From Stylophora pistillata (taxonomy: Eukaryota), in assembly GCF_002571385.2 (NCBI RefSeq), contig NW_019218335.1, positions 121,148 to 185,147 on the forward strand: a stretch of 64,000 bases of DNA, written 5' to 3'. Shown piece after piece: positions 1-13,700 of the stretch. The stretch's first letter is position 1, and each line of letters begins with the position of its first letter. The notes under the pieces are model-generated. The model made no database searches. It saw only the letters and a program-made list of their open reading frames with translations, and was not told the origin of the DNA. The translations under genes were made by a program, and so were the position numbers.

Positions 1-3000
1 GAACGAACTTAAACCTGTGTGAATTGTAATAGTTGTCGGTCGTTTCAATAATCTGTCGTATTCCGTCCTTTTACGTTTCAGGAAAATCCCTCTTTCTATA
101 ACTTAGCAGTATGTCTGCTTTCAGTCTGATTTCCTCGCCTCTCCAAGTTCTCGTTCAGTTAAATTTTCATCTCACCATCATCAAAATTTATTTTTCTCCG
201 CCGGGAACTTCATCTACCAAAACGGAACATTCGGAGCTTGATAAAACTATTTTTTTTCATATAAAATTAATTAAAATCGTAACTAGTTGGATAAAACCTT
301 CCATTTCTGCGAGAAGTGTGAAGTCGTAACTTCGTAAGTTTCTGAGGTAACCAGCCCCCAAGATTCATTGCAAGTACCAGACTCCGCGCGAATACAAGAT
401 GTACTCGGTACTAAAACAGCATACTCTGCCGCCTTCGCCCTGGACCTAATGAAGAAAGAGAAAAAAGAAAGGGATTGAAATCTTAGCGCGTGAGCTGATC
501 ATACGCATTCATTCACTTAGTACTGTTTATTACGCTTTGCAGGGTAATTATTTTAAGTCTGTAAATAGAAGTCTACTTCATGGCCATTCAGGTGAAAGTT
601 GCTACGTGCTTTTATGTGGTACTAGTCGATATGCTGTGCAGCAATGTTTTTCCTTTCAAGTCTGTTGATGAAATGCGACGTGAATGAAATGAAACCTCCT
701 AAGATAGAGAAGTACTTTCCCATAGTACCATGGTTGCCACAAGCAAATATTTTTTTTATTTTCTTGGAAAGCCAACATCAGCTTGTCGTTGTATTATTTT
801 ATTCGCGAACCAAAATGAACTTGTATTGCAAGTGAGAAAGATATGCTGGGAAGGAATCTATCAATTGTACTAAACATTTACGCAAGAGTAACACTGATAA
901 CACAAGAAGTTTCAGCATCTTCATCTCAAAAGACTTCAAGACAAGATGAATAAGTTCATATTTCTTGAGATTTCACTCAGTTTTTCCCGACTTCTTCCAA
1001 CGATGTGAAATTCCCTGCCTCTGGTCTGAGCTTGAAAAACTTTGTATTTCCCTGACTTTCCCTGACCTGTTACAACCATGGGTACTGTTTATCACCCCGA
1101 AAAAGGTTGCTTTTCTGACAAAACCCTGGCGTGTGATCATTTCGATAGAAGATTCTGGACAGTACTTCGATGCGATAAAGTTTATCACAGTTTATCACGG
1201 TTTAAAGAGTTGAGTTCATTTGAGCTGGCCTGACGCCAGTCGGACTCTCGTTTAGCACCTTGTACCTTCTTATTTACTACTCATGTACGACCCAAAGAAA
1301 ACACCACTTACCGATACCCGTTCTCCCGACAGGTCTGTAGCCTGGGTCCTTAGCCAATCTAATATCTTCCATAACAAAAATTGTTTCCTCTGAAAACAAT
1401 AACGTCAAAACACTGGTTGTTAGGCTCTGTTTTAACGAAAAACAAGCGGGAGAGATGGTTTTACGCTACTGACTTTTAAAATCTTTTGGTATATANNNNN
1501 NNNNNNNNNNNNNNNNNNNNNNNNNNNNNNNNNNNNNNNNNNNNNNNNNNNNNNNNNNNNNNNNNNNNNNNNNNNNNNNNNNNNNNNNNNNNNNNNNNNN
1601 NNNNNNNNNNNNNNNNNNNNNNNNNNNNNNNNNNNNNNNNNNNNNNNNNNNNNNNNNNNNNNNNNNNNNNNNNNNNNNNNNNNNNNNNNNNNNNNNNNNN
1701 NNNNNNNNNNNNNNNNNNNNNNNNNNNNNNNNNNNNNNNNNNNNNNNNNNNNNNNNNNNNNNNNNNNNNNNNNNNNNNNNNNNNNNNNNNNNNNNNNNNN
1801 NNNNNNNNNNNNNNNNNNNNTTCCACCAAGGAGCTGTAACATGGAACATTTAACTGTCGTGCTGATGTTGTGTTTTGAATGAGTGTGCATCTATTTTGTT
1901 TTATGACTTACCACAACGTTACAACTTCATTAGAGTATGTTTTAGTTGGTACTGACTTCGCTCTTGCAAGGCCTGAGTAAGAGAGAGCAAAACAATGATC
2001 AGAATGAGACAAATTAAAATAGCACTTAAGATAATATATGACTGATGGTAAGTTTCTTGAGCTCGGTTAAGAAATAGAGAAAGATGTTTTTCGTGTTGTC
2101 ACGAGCGTGTGACAAAGGAAAAATTCCAAGTCTCAATGAGACCCAGAGACTCCATGGCGAGCAAGACACATTACGTGTTCATAAATGACACGCGTGCTGC
2201 ATACTGCTAAGAGATCGGCAATGTCGATAGCGTCATGTTTTGTAAATAAGATGAGAAAGACGTAAACGAGATGTAAACCTACAGACGAACCAACCTTTGA
2301 TAGTGTCACGGGCTAACTAAACTAACAACTACAGAAATACAAATGAAATAATAACGAATGGTTATGCTAAAATTTTTAACGCATCGTGCTCTGAAAACGT
2401 CAGTGTGGTGAAATAAAATTTGACTTAAATTATTATTCCTTTCTGCCTCTTTGCACCGTTTGAAGCCCCTCACAGGTCTACACCGTTACAGAGTGCTCCG
2501 CTTGTGATTAACTTATAAAGCACTTTTCGATGGACTGTCATTAAAACAAAATTATTGATATAAACCGCCAATCTGAAGAGAGGAAGATACACTGAAAAGC
2601 GCTGTAAACGCGGGCGACCGAGTGGCGGTTTAGTTCTGCATCTGATTGGTTAAGAGAGTGGCGCCAGTTTTCTAGACCAATCACAGAGTGAAGTGAAGAC
2701 AGAGTGGCGCGAGTTTTCTAGACCAATCACAGAGCGGAGCGAAGTGAAGTAAAAACAATGCATTTTCAGAATACTTTCGACACTCGACGAAAAATTACTC
2801 AACACTGATATACATGTAGCCTGTCTGTCTGTTTGAATGCCACATTTACTAAAGTCTGCAAGTTTTAGTTCTCCTTTATCGTTTATGAGAAGATTTTGAG
2901 GCTTGAGATCTCTGCAAACGAAAAATTAACCAATATCTTAGTTTGACAATTGACAGTGCAGCTTTGACAATGTCTGCGGAATTTATCTACAGTTATATTA

Positions 3001-6000
3001 AAATAAACAGCGAAAACTGTGAACTGCACAGTTTTTCTGGAGCAACTAATTAACAAGGTCAAGGGAAAAAAATAGACGATGTCAGTGGTAATTGTTATTC
3101 AGACATTTTGGTTTTCAATTCCTCTCTCACACCAGTATGCATTTCTCCAGACTGTTTCCTGAGCAATTCCTTTGGTATTTACGAGAGAGAGAGAAAGATA
3201 TTTTATCCGACGTATATGGTAGCCATTGGCTAAATTGCGTACAATAATTGTGTAGCTAAAATGCTCTATAAAATACTGGAGATAAAATGTTCTATAAAAA
3301 ATACAACCTAAAATACATTCTTATTATTGTTAATTAAATTACACTGAAAGTTAATAAAACTGCTTTTGGTGCGGTTTGTTTTGTAACTAAAATTATTACC
3401 TCTGTGAGTAACATCTGTTCAAATGTGGCGATTTTTCCCGCCAAAAAAACTTAGAAAAATACGGTGCCCAAAATACGCACGCGCCGTTTTTTTGGTAAAT
3501 TTTTCAATGTTATTGTTAGAATAAAAGGTAATATTTCTGCTATTTGTATTATGGAATAAAGCCAATAAACAAAGCAAAGCACTCTTTTACTATCTTTAGT
3601 TCAATGAATAAATATTCTAACAAAGTTTTTTTTAAATTAGTTAATAGAAGTTCAATTAAATGAATTAAATGATGACAAATGTGCGAAATAAAATGTGTTC
3701 GTCCATATATTATGTTGTTTGGCAGGAAAATTTGATTGACTCTGCCTAGAGTTTCCCCTGACAATATTTTCCACAAAAAATTCAAAGTAGCTTCCCTTAA
3801 ATTTTCCGCCAAAACTTTTGTGAATATCATCTTGTGCAAAATCTTAAAAGAAATAATCTCTTAACTGCATGTCGCTCAAATTTCTACTAAAATTTTCTTG
3901 ATGAAGTATATTCTCTAGATTTAAAATTTTGTACAAGATGTAAACACATTATAAGTCCTTTTGGAGCCATCGGTTTCTTTGCTCGATACACAGGACAAGT
4001 TTGACACACACTGATCAGCATTTCTCGCCAAATTGAATTCCAAAACAAAAATATTCCTCAACTGTTTTGCTTTTTTTTTTTTGCTTTTAGGTACCAAGAG
4101 TTCACACAATCAGATACTTGCTCAGCTTCACGTACTTTTCTAAATTATTGAAACAAGAATTTAGTTGAAATTGGTTTTATTTTGCACCGATAAATTTAGC
4201 AATCTGGATTTCATTTTCAAAAAACTTCCTTACAGTCCTGTGTTACATCAGTCGAAGGCTGAATAAGGTCTTTTTACATAGCATATACGGCAATAAAACC
4301 CAATGACTGGCTCAAAGAAAATATCAAAGTAAAATATTTTAACAAAGCTACTCCGTAAAGAAAAAAAAAAAAAAAAAAAAAGCTCTTATTTTCCTTGTTG
4401 TCCTTAATTCTTGGATTAACTCCGTAAAAAAAAAAAAAAAAAAAAAGAACATTGCAACTGGTTATACGGACGAAAGTCTTTCAAACATTTTTTTGGTATT
4501 CGTCCACTTTGTTCCCCATAAACAAAAAAAAAATCCATTGTGCAGAAGATCGAAATTTGGAAGCTAATATTCATTTCCAATTGTAATTTGTTTTAACCTC
4601 GCGAGTAATTGTTTCAAGCAGAGCAGCAATTTATAAGCACTGTGAAGAACGTGTTTTTCGAAACAGATAATGAGATCCTTTTAAATTTCAAGTTAATCGA
4701 ACATTACTTTTCATTTGTTGTAAACTTTCACAAAACAACCTAAGCTGATCACGAATTTCACTTTCTTGTTTTTCCTTATAAAGGTTACGACTGCTGAGTT
4801 AATTTTGAAATGAAAGAGCAGAAAATTGCAGCTTTTGGAAATCCATCGACTCGTGTAGAAACATTTTTTGGAAAATAAGACGTATCTAGTGATTCCAAGC
4901 CAAATTGCAGTTTCTGTGTGTCATTCAATTATTAATTTGCACAAGAAATCTGAGGTTCTTTGATCTTACATTGTCTAAGTTGTCAATTTAGCTGTCTATA
5001 ACCATAAATCATTTCTCATAGCCATCTGAACCAGTCATAGGTTTTATTGACTGAAACCTGCAAAAGGCCAAGAGAACGTTGGCAAATGGCTTTCCGGAAA
5101 AAAATTACAAAAAGATCAATTTAATTTTATCAAAAGCTATGTTACATGTACAGCCACGGTTCAGTTTAACTTGTCGAGTCGAACGTGCGTAATGGCATTC
5201 GTCAGTTCTTATTGTTCAATTTTGATCTGTCAGTGAAATTCGTTTGTTGATGGTTAATAAATAAGTAGTTTGTGGTGCCTGTATTTAATGTCACCTATCT
5301 ATGAATCTGCCCTTAGCCAGAAAGCCAGCTTATAAGGAGTCGGTATTTATATATAAATCGTAGATGCTTTAGGTTAAACAGGGCAAAGTCCCGGCGTAAC
5401 TGTTTACATTAACATTTCTCGTAGTAGTTTATGTTCAGTCACTCTTGTCTTTTCGGTTCCTGTTCTTTGCAAGCAAAGCACTTTGTCTGCTACTAGCCAG
5501 GTTCGTCTCTGTCTTAAGCGTTAATAAGTAAATGTTGTTGAGACGGAAGTTCTATCCAGCAAAATTGCACTAGATTTGTGAAATGATCATTTTTTTTCAT
5601 TCTATGCTAGTCGTAATATTCAGAGTTTCTTGAAGTGAAGTTTGTCACACACAGTGCCACCTTAAAAAATCCACCAGAACAACCTAACTCTTGAAGTCGT
5701 CGGAGACTTGACCATGGTATCAATCATGCAGCCTACACGAAGGTCAAGCTTGAGCAAACCGATTCATACCACATTTAACTTGTGTTGTGAAGTGTATTTT
5801 TGGCAGGATGAAATGCTAATTAACAAATCTTTGTGTCCGTTACCTTATTTAAATCAAAGTGCGACAAAACGCGTGAAAATGGGAATGACCAAGTCGCGAT
5901 TGGTCAATTTTAGTTTTCATTGAATTTTATGTTTTTTTTGTTTTTTTTTTTTTTCGCGAGTTTTCTAGCCCAACCATAAAATGAGGTATGGCAAAACCGA

Positions 6001-6920
6001 AGCTATTACTTTCGATAAACAAACGAAATATCCCTTGGCTAAATGTTTTGAATCAGATGATTACCCAAGACTCGACCCTTCAGTAAATCTTCAATATCAG
6101 TACCATTAAAAAATTACTTCGACGATATTAATTTATAAATTCTTATCTTTGCAGAGTTTCTTCTCGATGTGATTCTAGTTTGTCCTCCAGAGTTTTGTGT
6201 CCTCCGTTCCGCTCCTTAGTTTCAGTTTTCCTGTAAACATAAATAGGTTAAACAATATTTAGGTCGCCTGACCAACTTTTAAACTTATACGCAAAAACAA
6301 GAAACAAGTTCTTATGGTAATTTATTTGAGCTAATTTTCAACAAGGCTTTTGTAAAGCGGAACTGCCAAAATTTTCCTTCGCGTTATAGATAGCTATGAG
6401 CCATGGAGACCAAAGTATTTCAGGGCGGATCACTTTACAACAAAAGTACAACAACAAACATCTGATTGATATGACTAGCTGTATTTAGAACGTTTAAAAC
6501 AGCTTTCTTGATCACGAAGGCAAAATCTTGATCAATTCGACACGTTTAAGAAACAGAACTTCAACACGGCTCAACCTCGATTATATTCTGTCACTAAGCT
6601 GAGTTATTTAAATCTCCAGTAAGAGAACAACTACTTGGTACGGTGGATATTATTTGCGGCTTTGGTTTGACTAATGTGCGGAGAATGTAAGAAAAGGTTT
6701 AATTTTTAATGAATGTGGTGACACAGACTTTGCCTTCAAAATTTCAATCTCAAATTTAGAAGAATTTTTGATCCCTTCACTAAGACAGGTGACGTACTTA
6801 GTCAAGTTCGTTACATTTGAAATATATTATTAACGTTGAGACCGTCTGGTCTCAACCTTACTGTACCAGTAATTCAGCCTAATGGCTGCAAGTGGTCAGA
6901 AATAAACTATATTACTATAT

Positions 6921-7149
6921 TAATAATTTGAATATATCAACAAAGTTGAAAAGGTAAATTGGCCACCGTTACGATTATCAAAGCTGACGTTTCGAGCGTT
7001 AGCCCTTCGTCGGAGCGAATAGGGGAATTGTGGGTTGTGTGTGCTTTTAAAGGCAGAAAAAGGAGCTACGTGATTGGTGGGAACATGGCAACGAGAAAAA
7101 CACGAATAAATTAGTGGAATGAAAAGCGTTCGTTGATACCTGTGGGATT
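6921..7149 (-). mobile_element. Penelope-like retroelement 3' end (end of ORF plus pLTR segment), truncated by a gap
   Basis: The minus strand reads NPTGINERFSFH*, resembling the C-terminus of Penelope GIY-YIG ORFs. It is followed by a UTR containing a hammerhead motif. Related sequence recurs at 39421-39620, 59273-59386, 61555-61706 and 30056-30124. Confidence 0.75.
6983..7016 (-). ncRNA. Minimal type I hammerhead ribozyme motif (Penelope-associated), U4C core variant
   Basis: Minus strand GCU-CCGACGA-A-GGGC-UAAC-GCUC-GAAA-CGUC/AGC: stem I GCU/AGC, a CUGANGA-like box, a 4-bp stem II, a GAAA box, a minimal palindromic ACGU stem III and a GUC cleavage triplet. Confidence 0.65.
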
Positions 7150-7742
7150 NNNNNNNNNNGCTTTCAATATTGATTTCAGCCAATCAAATTCGTGAATTCG
7201 GTAGTTCCCAGTCCTTGTGAGACACGGCCATATAATAATCTGGAATAATGAAGTAACCAACTATCAAGAGTGAATCAAGGACGAAAACGAACCTCTCCCA
7301 ATTTGTCCAACTTGATATAAGTTTCCATTTTTCCATAACCAAGTTCAGACTAGGAAAAAAAATAACACTTTTTTCCGCAACACAAAAATTATACCAATAA
7401 GTATAATAATAATTATAAAAACAACAGTTTAGTGATAATAATTGTATTAAACTTTTAAGATATGTACATAAGTTGCAGAAAAATTTGAAGCGAGAATTAA
7501 GCACTATAGAACATTAAAAATCGTAGAGATCATAAAATACAATCACTGTGTCGAAAACCATTTCCCAAAACACATTCTTTGTGGATCAGATGGCATCATT
7601 AACTCTTACATGGAGTCCAGTGTTTTGAATTAATACATCACAAAAGTTACAAAAAATATTACACTAATAGCATAATAATAATAATATTGATAATAGTTAT
7701 AAAAAATTCAATGTCAACCAATCCTTTCATTCATAAACTTAC

Positions 7743-10700
7743 CAATGACATTCTCCTGCTCCTTCGACTAAGATGCTGTTCACTTCCGTAAGGAGGACTC
7801 TTGTGGGAGCCAAACTCTGTTGAGCTCCTTGTCCGATGGGCTGGGCTTTTTCTCATTGAAATGTCATTCACTGACATCCCATAATGAAGAACTGGCAAGG
7901 AGAGTCGTTTGCTGGAGCCACCTGGGGCTGAAACAGTCTGGGATGAAGAAAATTCACAAAATTTTGTTTCACTTCAAAATAAATTTTACAAAAAATTAAT
8001 TTCACTCTTAAGTTAATTTAGCTTGGCTCTGGTCTTGGAACCTTTGCTCTGAAGCGCTGTTCTCCCTACATTCAGTGAAGATTTATTTCTAAAACACTTT
8101 CACTTCCCAGATTTCATTCGTAATTCTCTTAACTATTGTTCTTCTTCAGCACCCCTAATCTGTAGTCAACCTGGATTGAGTGGTCACCCCAACACTCCCC
8201 GTGGGTGAGTGCTTAATACAGGTTCAACTGTTTTCGCCTATAACTTATTTAACCAATTTAGATTCAGTTTAAAACTGTAGCAGCATCTTATAAATTATTT
8301 CATAGCCAACAACATACTGTCTTTTCTACTCAACAGTGCCGTAGCAATCAGCCAAATCCACATACACTTAACACTGCATGTACGATTACTACAGTCAGAC
8401 TGAGTTCAGTTTATCGCATTTTCCCATTTGTTTAACCCTAGAGAATCTGACTCATGAAACTCAAGAAGTTAATAATTATTACTAAAGATGGATGATTGTG
8501 TTGTAACTGTTTAAAAGGTTATTCACAAGGCCATCATGTAGGCATTTGCAAGGTACAGTGTAACTACAGTACCAACAGTGGTAACCTCCAATAAAACATT
8601 CATTGAAAAGGAAATTAAATTTCAGAATTTTCTTCCGTTTAGAAAAAAATATGCATCATTTTCTAACCTTACCTCACACCTAGCTTATTTCCACATGTAT
8701 GCTTACAACACTAATATTAAAATTAAAACTTTTTCTTTTAAGTCACAGCTATTTATTATCATTGAATCAATTCAACCACCAGTAAACTTTTTAATCCACC
8801 TGCTGACACCTGTAACAAGCTTGGAGCATTTTAAAAGTGTGATGATAGTTAATTGCAGTATGCTAGCTGTACTGGAAAGTGGAATTGTATTTTAGTATAT
8901 ACAAACTCAGTGATCTTGGTGTTTCAAGCAATCTGATTGGTTCGCTATCTTGCGCTAATCAAAAATGTACACATTCGAGCAAGTGAATAATGTGAAAAAC
9001 AAAATAGCGGGCGTAAAATCGTGTTTTGCTAAAGTTTCCGAAGCAGAAATTGCCTTTAAATGGCTTCCTTTTAATTTTGTCGAGATCACTTCATGTGTAT
9101 ATACTACAACAATTGTTCTTTTCAATCTCGGTGAATAGTGGCTTTCGGGAATATTTACCTCGCCGCTTTGCGGCTTGGTAAATATTTAGCCACTATTCAC
9201 CTCGATTTCAAAGAATAATTGTTAAGTATGGCAAAATTCCAAACATTGTAATTTCATTGTAGAAATGATCATATTCAGCGATGATAATGAGTGCACTAAC
9301 GTGTAGGGTAACCTTTTCACTCCAAGATCTCACTAGGAAATCTCTACTGTCTGCCATATAATTCTTATCGTGCTAGTTTGGAGAATTTGGTATTAGATCA
9401 ACTAATGATCCTATAATTTTTCTTTACTCTCATCATTTTTCTGCTTGATGCTATACTGATATTTTAAGGAGAAATTTTCTTTTGGTCACTCATTAATGGT
9501 ATCAAAGCTTAAGTCACCATTCAGCCAACTATGTATTTGGAAGAGGTGCAGAAAGCTGAAAGGCTTTTACTACTCCTTGTCAATGGTTTAAAATACAGTG
9601 ACAATTATTTTCAAAAATATTACATGTACATAATTTTGCATACAATTTCCTTTTCAGTTTTTCTAAAACTTATCGCTGGCAACTGTCTTGTGACTTTAGG
9701 TTGCTGCATGGTAAATTTGAAAGAAAAAATTTTAGCTTGGAGCCCTGATAATCTAGGCAAGGTTACAGAGAGGTGCCAAGTTATATTCTGTAATGCCATT
9801 GACAATATGGCCAACTTTTAAATGGTGAGTGGTCAACCCTTTCCAGAAAATTGTGAAGAATTTTATTTCTTGATTACATGAAGACCTTGAACTGAAAAAC
9901 ATAATCATATTTTCCTAAGCATAACTAGTGAGAAATAAGTATATAGGCCTAAACTCCTGTTTTCAAAGCCATTGTTCAAAACCACAGTGCAAGACTGAAA
10001 TCATTCATTCCTGTATAAAAATTGTCAGCTAAAATGTTTTGAAGCACTCAGACAAAATATGACTCAACACTGATTTCAAAGACCCTGTCTTTGTATAAAG
10101 TTAAGTTTTACCCTGCTCTTTTCTTCAACTAGGAAAACAATCTGAATAACTCACCTGAAAACTAGTGACATAATATGTGAACATTGCATAATTTGCTGTT
10201 TTAAATCACTTCTTACTTGAGCCGGTTGAGTGATTAGGGAAAACAAATGAGCAGGTTTTCAAATTTGCTTGTACCATCAGCAACAGCATGCATCAGAAAA
10301 TTATGATGCAAACTTGCTAAATTTGACAGTACTGATTTGCTATATTTTTGTACTAATGAGAGTAACAAAAAATATCAGTTTAGGGTATTCTTAGTTGATG
10401 TAGAACCAAATTCTCCAAACCAACATCATAAGAATTATAAGGCAGAGGGTAAGGAGAATTTACTAATGAGATCTTGGGAGTGAGTACACAGTCAAAAGTC
10501 ATGTGAAAAGCACACGCCAAAGTCATCTTTCAGGCAGGAAGTCTACAAGAGCTTCTCAAAATACCCTTGGTTGTAGATGCACAATTAACACTGGTTTCAA
10601 AGTGATGTTTCAGAATTCTTGCTTTTGACCACTTTAAAAAAAGTACTTTACCAATGAAACCTTGCCACCACTATTCTACTGGTTCACATATGCATGCAAG

Positions 10701-13700
10701 CCAGGTGGTCCAAAATGTATAAAACTGTTAGCTTCTCAACTATCTCTTATCAAATACCGTAATCAATGGTTTACAGGACTCATTTCCTCACCCTCTTTAA
10801 AAAAAAAATTTTAAATGCATACTTACTGATTTTGAGCGTGGTTTCCTCATGGGTACCTGAAGGAATTCATCAGCAGCCTCAAATCCTCTTTCACCTCTAA
10901 TGTCATCTTTTACTGGTCCATTGTGATGATCAAATCCTAGTAACATGTTGAAATTGAACACACATGGAACAATATTTAATAATGAATGTTGGAAAATATT
11001 TAAATAAACCTTCTCCACAGGCTATGTGAAGCTATCTGTCATCTGTAATCTGTAATGGTAATGTTATGATATGTTGTGGGAGTGACTGCCATGTGACAGA
11101 TAAGAACACCTCGCATTCATGGAATTCAAAATGCTAAAAGTACAGCATTACAGGTTTCAGTGACTGTCTGAGAAATACAAACTAAGATACCGTAATTTGT
11201 GAGGTTCATGAATACATTTAGTGTTTTTTTTTTTTTTTTTTTAATGCATTAGTCACTGAATATTTTGAATGCTGTGGGTGTAAAAGGGGTAGTAGAGTGA
11301 TCCAAACACTGCTCCAGGGATGTAGATAAGAAATTACCCTGCGGGCTGACATTTCAAGTAAGGTGACTCAAAAGTGGTAAACAATTAAGCGTGTAACCTC
11401 AGAAGCGCCCTGTCTGGTTTACCAAGTTAGTGATCCCTGAACAAAACCCAGCAGGTGATCACCACTTTTTCATCTGGCAAATTTCGTCAGAGGCCGGAGC
11501 TTAATGACAACCCTGCTGCTCGCATGCTAAACAGAAAGAACCCTCTGAGGGACTCTGTATAATCAGAGAGATATGCAAATAGAAAGAGACAGCAACGTAA
11601 AACAAACTTTCACCCCAAGTTTTTAGTTTGCACGAACATTACAGAAAAGAATGAAAATGAGTACTGTTAATTAAATTGAAAAAAAAAAATCTTCCTAAGA
11701 CTCAAAGAATATTTATTTAGCAAATAATCTCCTAAACTTTGTCACTAAGATTATCACGCGATATTTCCTTTCCATAAGATAAATAATCCTTAAAAATTGA
11801 CAGATGTCAATAAAAATACCTCAAAAAAAAAAGTTTAACACTTCTCACAGCTGGGTTAAGCATAATTATTATCTGTGTCCTGATTAAAAAAAAAGAAAAA
11901 AGGAGCAAAGTAGCAAAGTCGCCCTAACAAATACAGAAAACATAAAATAGTGTCTTTCTTTTCAGTGATAACCAGTAAAATTTACCACCTGTACATTCAG
12001 TGCCTAGAGTTGCTTGGAATTCTTGAAAATTTAACAGGTACAATGTAGTAAAAGGATTGCAATAACAGTTTCAAAATTCTCCCTAAATGTTGTGTCTAAA
12101 ATAAATGAAAACACTGCGGAAAACATTTAGACATTTTGTCTCCTTATATTTGCATATCTCTGAGAACTTTATCAACATGGTAAGGTGGTCTAGAAATTAA
12201 CATCCTGCTGTTTACTGTTCTTCCATACCAGATGAACTCCAAATTTTATTTGTGAACATGTTTGTTCATCACTTTTAATTCTGTACTGTAATCTACCATT
12301 TTATGTGACTCTTCAAGGAGTAGCAAGAATTATCACCTTGCTTTAACTTTCATTGACAAAATTATGTTTTTGTTAAAAAAAAATACATGTAATTGAATCT
12401 AATCTATGTTGTGAGGTGCACATATGCATCTAAAATGCTTCATATTTTTCAGCAGGCTTGCAATACATTGTATATCAAATCTAAAAGAACCATTCTGCAA
12501 ACAATTTGTCCTTTAGTTCATAGAATAAACAAACAAACTGAATTTGATCTATTGTACAGGATGCTCTTCCCTCCATTTGGAAGGAAAAATAAAAATACAA
12601 ACATCTCATTATAAATCAATTTAAATGCAGTATATGCAAAGTTAGCAAGTGCACTTTACTTTGTGTGTGATTAAGTCAAATTGACCCATTACCAAACACT
12701 CAAGTTTCAGAAAATTCAAGTACTTGAGAGCAATATGATCTGTTGCAATATCACTGACAGTCATACCATGTAGCACTTACAGAAAAAAAAAATACCCTAC
12801 AGAAAAAAAAAATACCCTACAGAAAAAAAAAATACCCTACAGAAAAAAAAAAATACCCTACAGAAAAAAAAACAAACAAACAAACAAAGATAAAAATCAT
12901 TAAAAATTGAATCATTCTTAACACTTAAGGATGAGTGTTGGAACATTCGTAATATTCAATCTATGGAGAGCAATGACGTTTCTTCAATACAAATATCTTT
13001 TTATTTACATCTGAATACTAATGTCATTGAAATAGTTTTTTAAGGTTTTATGACCATGTAATAATTCTGTTTCTTTATTTTTGCTCAAAAAATCATTTCC
13101 TTAGTACTCTGCTCAAGGACTATAAACTTGAATATTTGAACCTCTATGTCAAAAAATTGCAAAAAAAAAATTCAACAAAATCCCTGACAATCAGGGCTGT
13201 ATCTAATAAACGACACCAACCCCTGAAATTTAAACTGAAGTGGCTCAAAGATGGTAAACGATTGTAAGTGTGTAACCCAAGAAGTGCCCGATGTGCTTCA
13301 CCAAGCGATCACTGGTCAAAAATCCAACTGGAAATCGCTTGGTGAATTTCGCCAGCAGTCTGCACTTACCAACAACCCTTGACATTGTGAAATTTCTTTT
13401 GAAAATTACTTTAGAATGTGGGCTCGAAACTCACTCTCCCTCTAAATTTTTTGAATCAACCACAACTAGATTAGGCACCTTTTTCAAGTGTAGCGCTTTT
13501 CAACATTTTTGCTTCAAAGTGCACAGCTTTGCTCATCGGGGGCTGCACTCTTTGAAGTAAAACCATAAATGAAACATATCGTAAAACAAAACTTTTTATG
13601 TGGCAAAAAATAAATTGAAGTACGTAATCTACATGTACTTAAATAAAAGAAAAATATCTAATTGGCCAGAGAAAAACATATTGTAATTATTTAATACCAG

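Noticed and set aside
1432-1890. Long ORFs containing X runs (also at 19.2-20.4, 24.7-25.5, 35.9-36.3 and 41.2-41.8 kb)
   Set aside because: Artefacts of translating through N gaps.
1-6100. Short ORFs and poly(A) runs at the window start
   Set aside because: No consistent splice chain or protein motif; looks like repeat-rich non-coding DNA.
12778-12872. CRISPR-like regular repeats
   Set aside because: No unique spacers and a eukaryotic context; it is a simple minisatellite.
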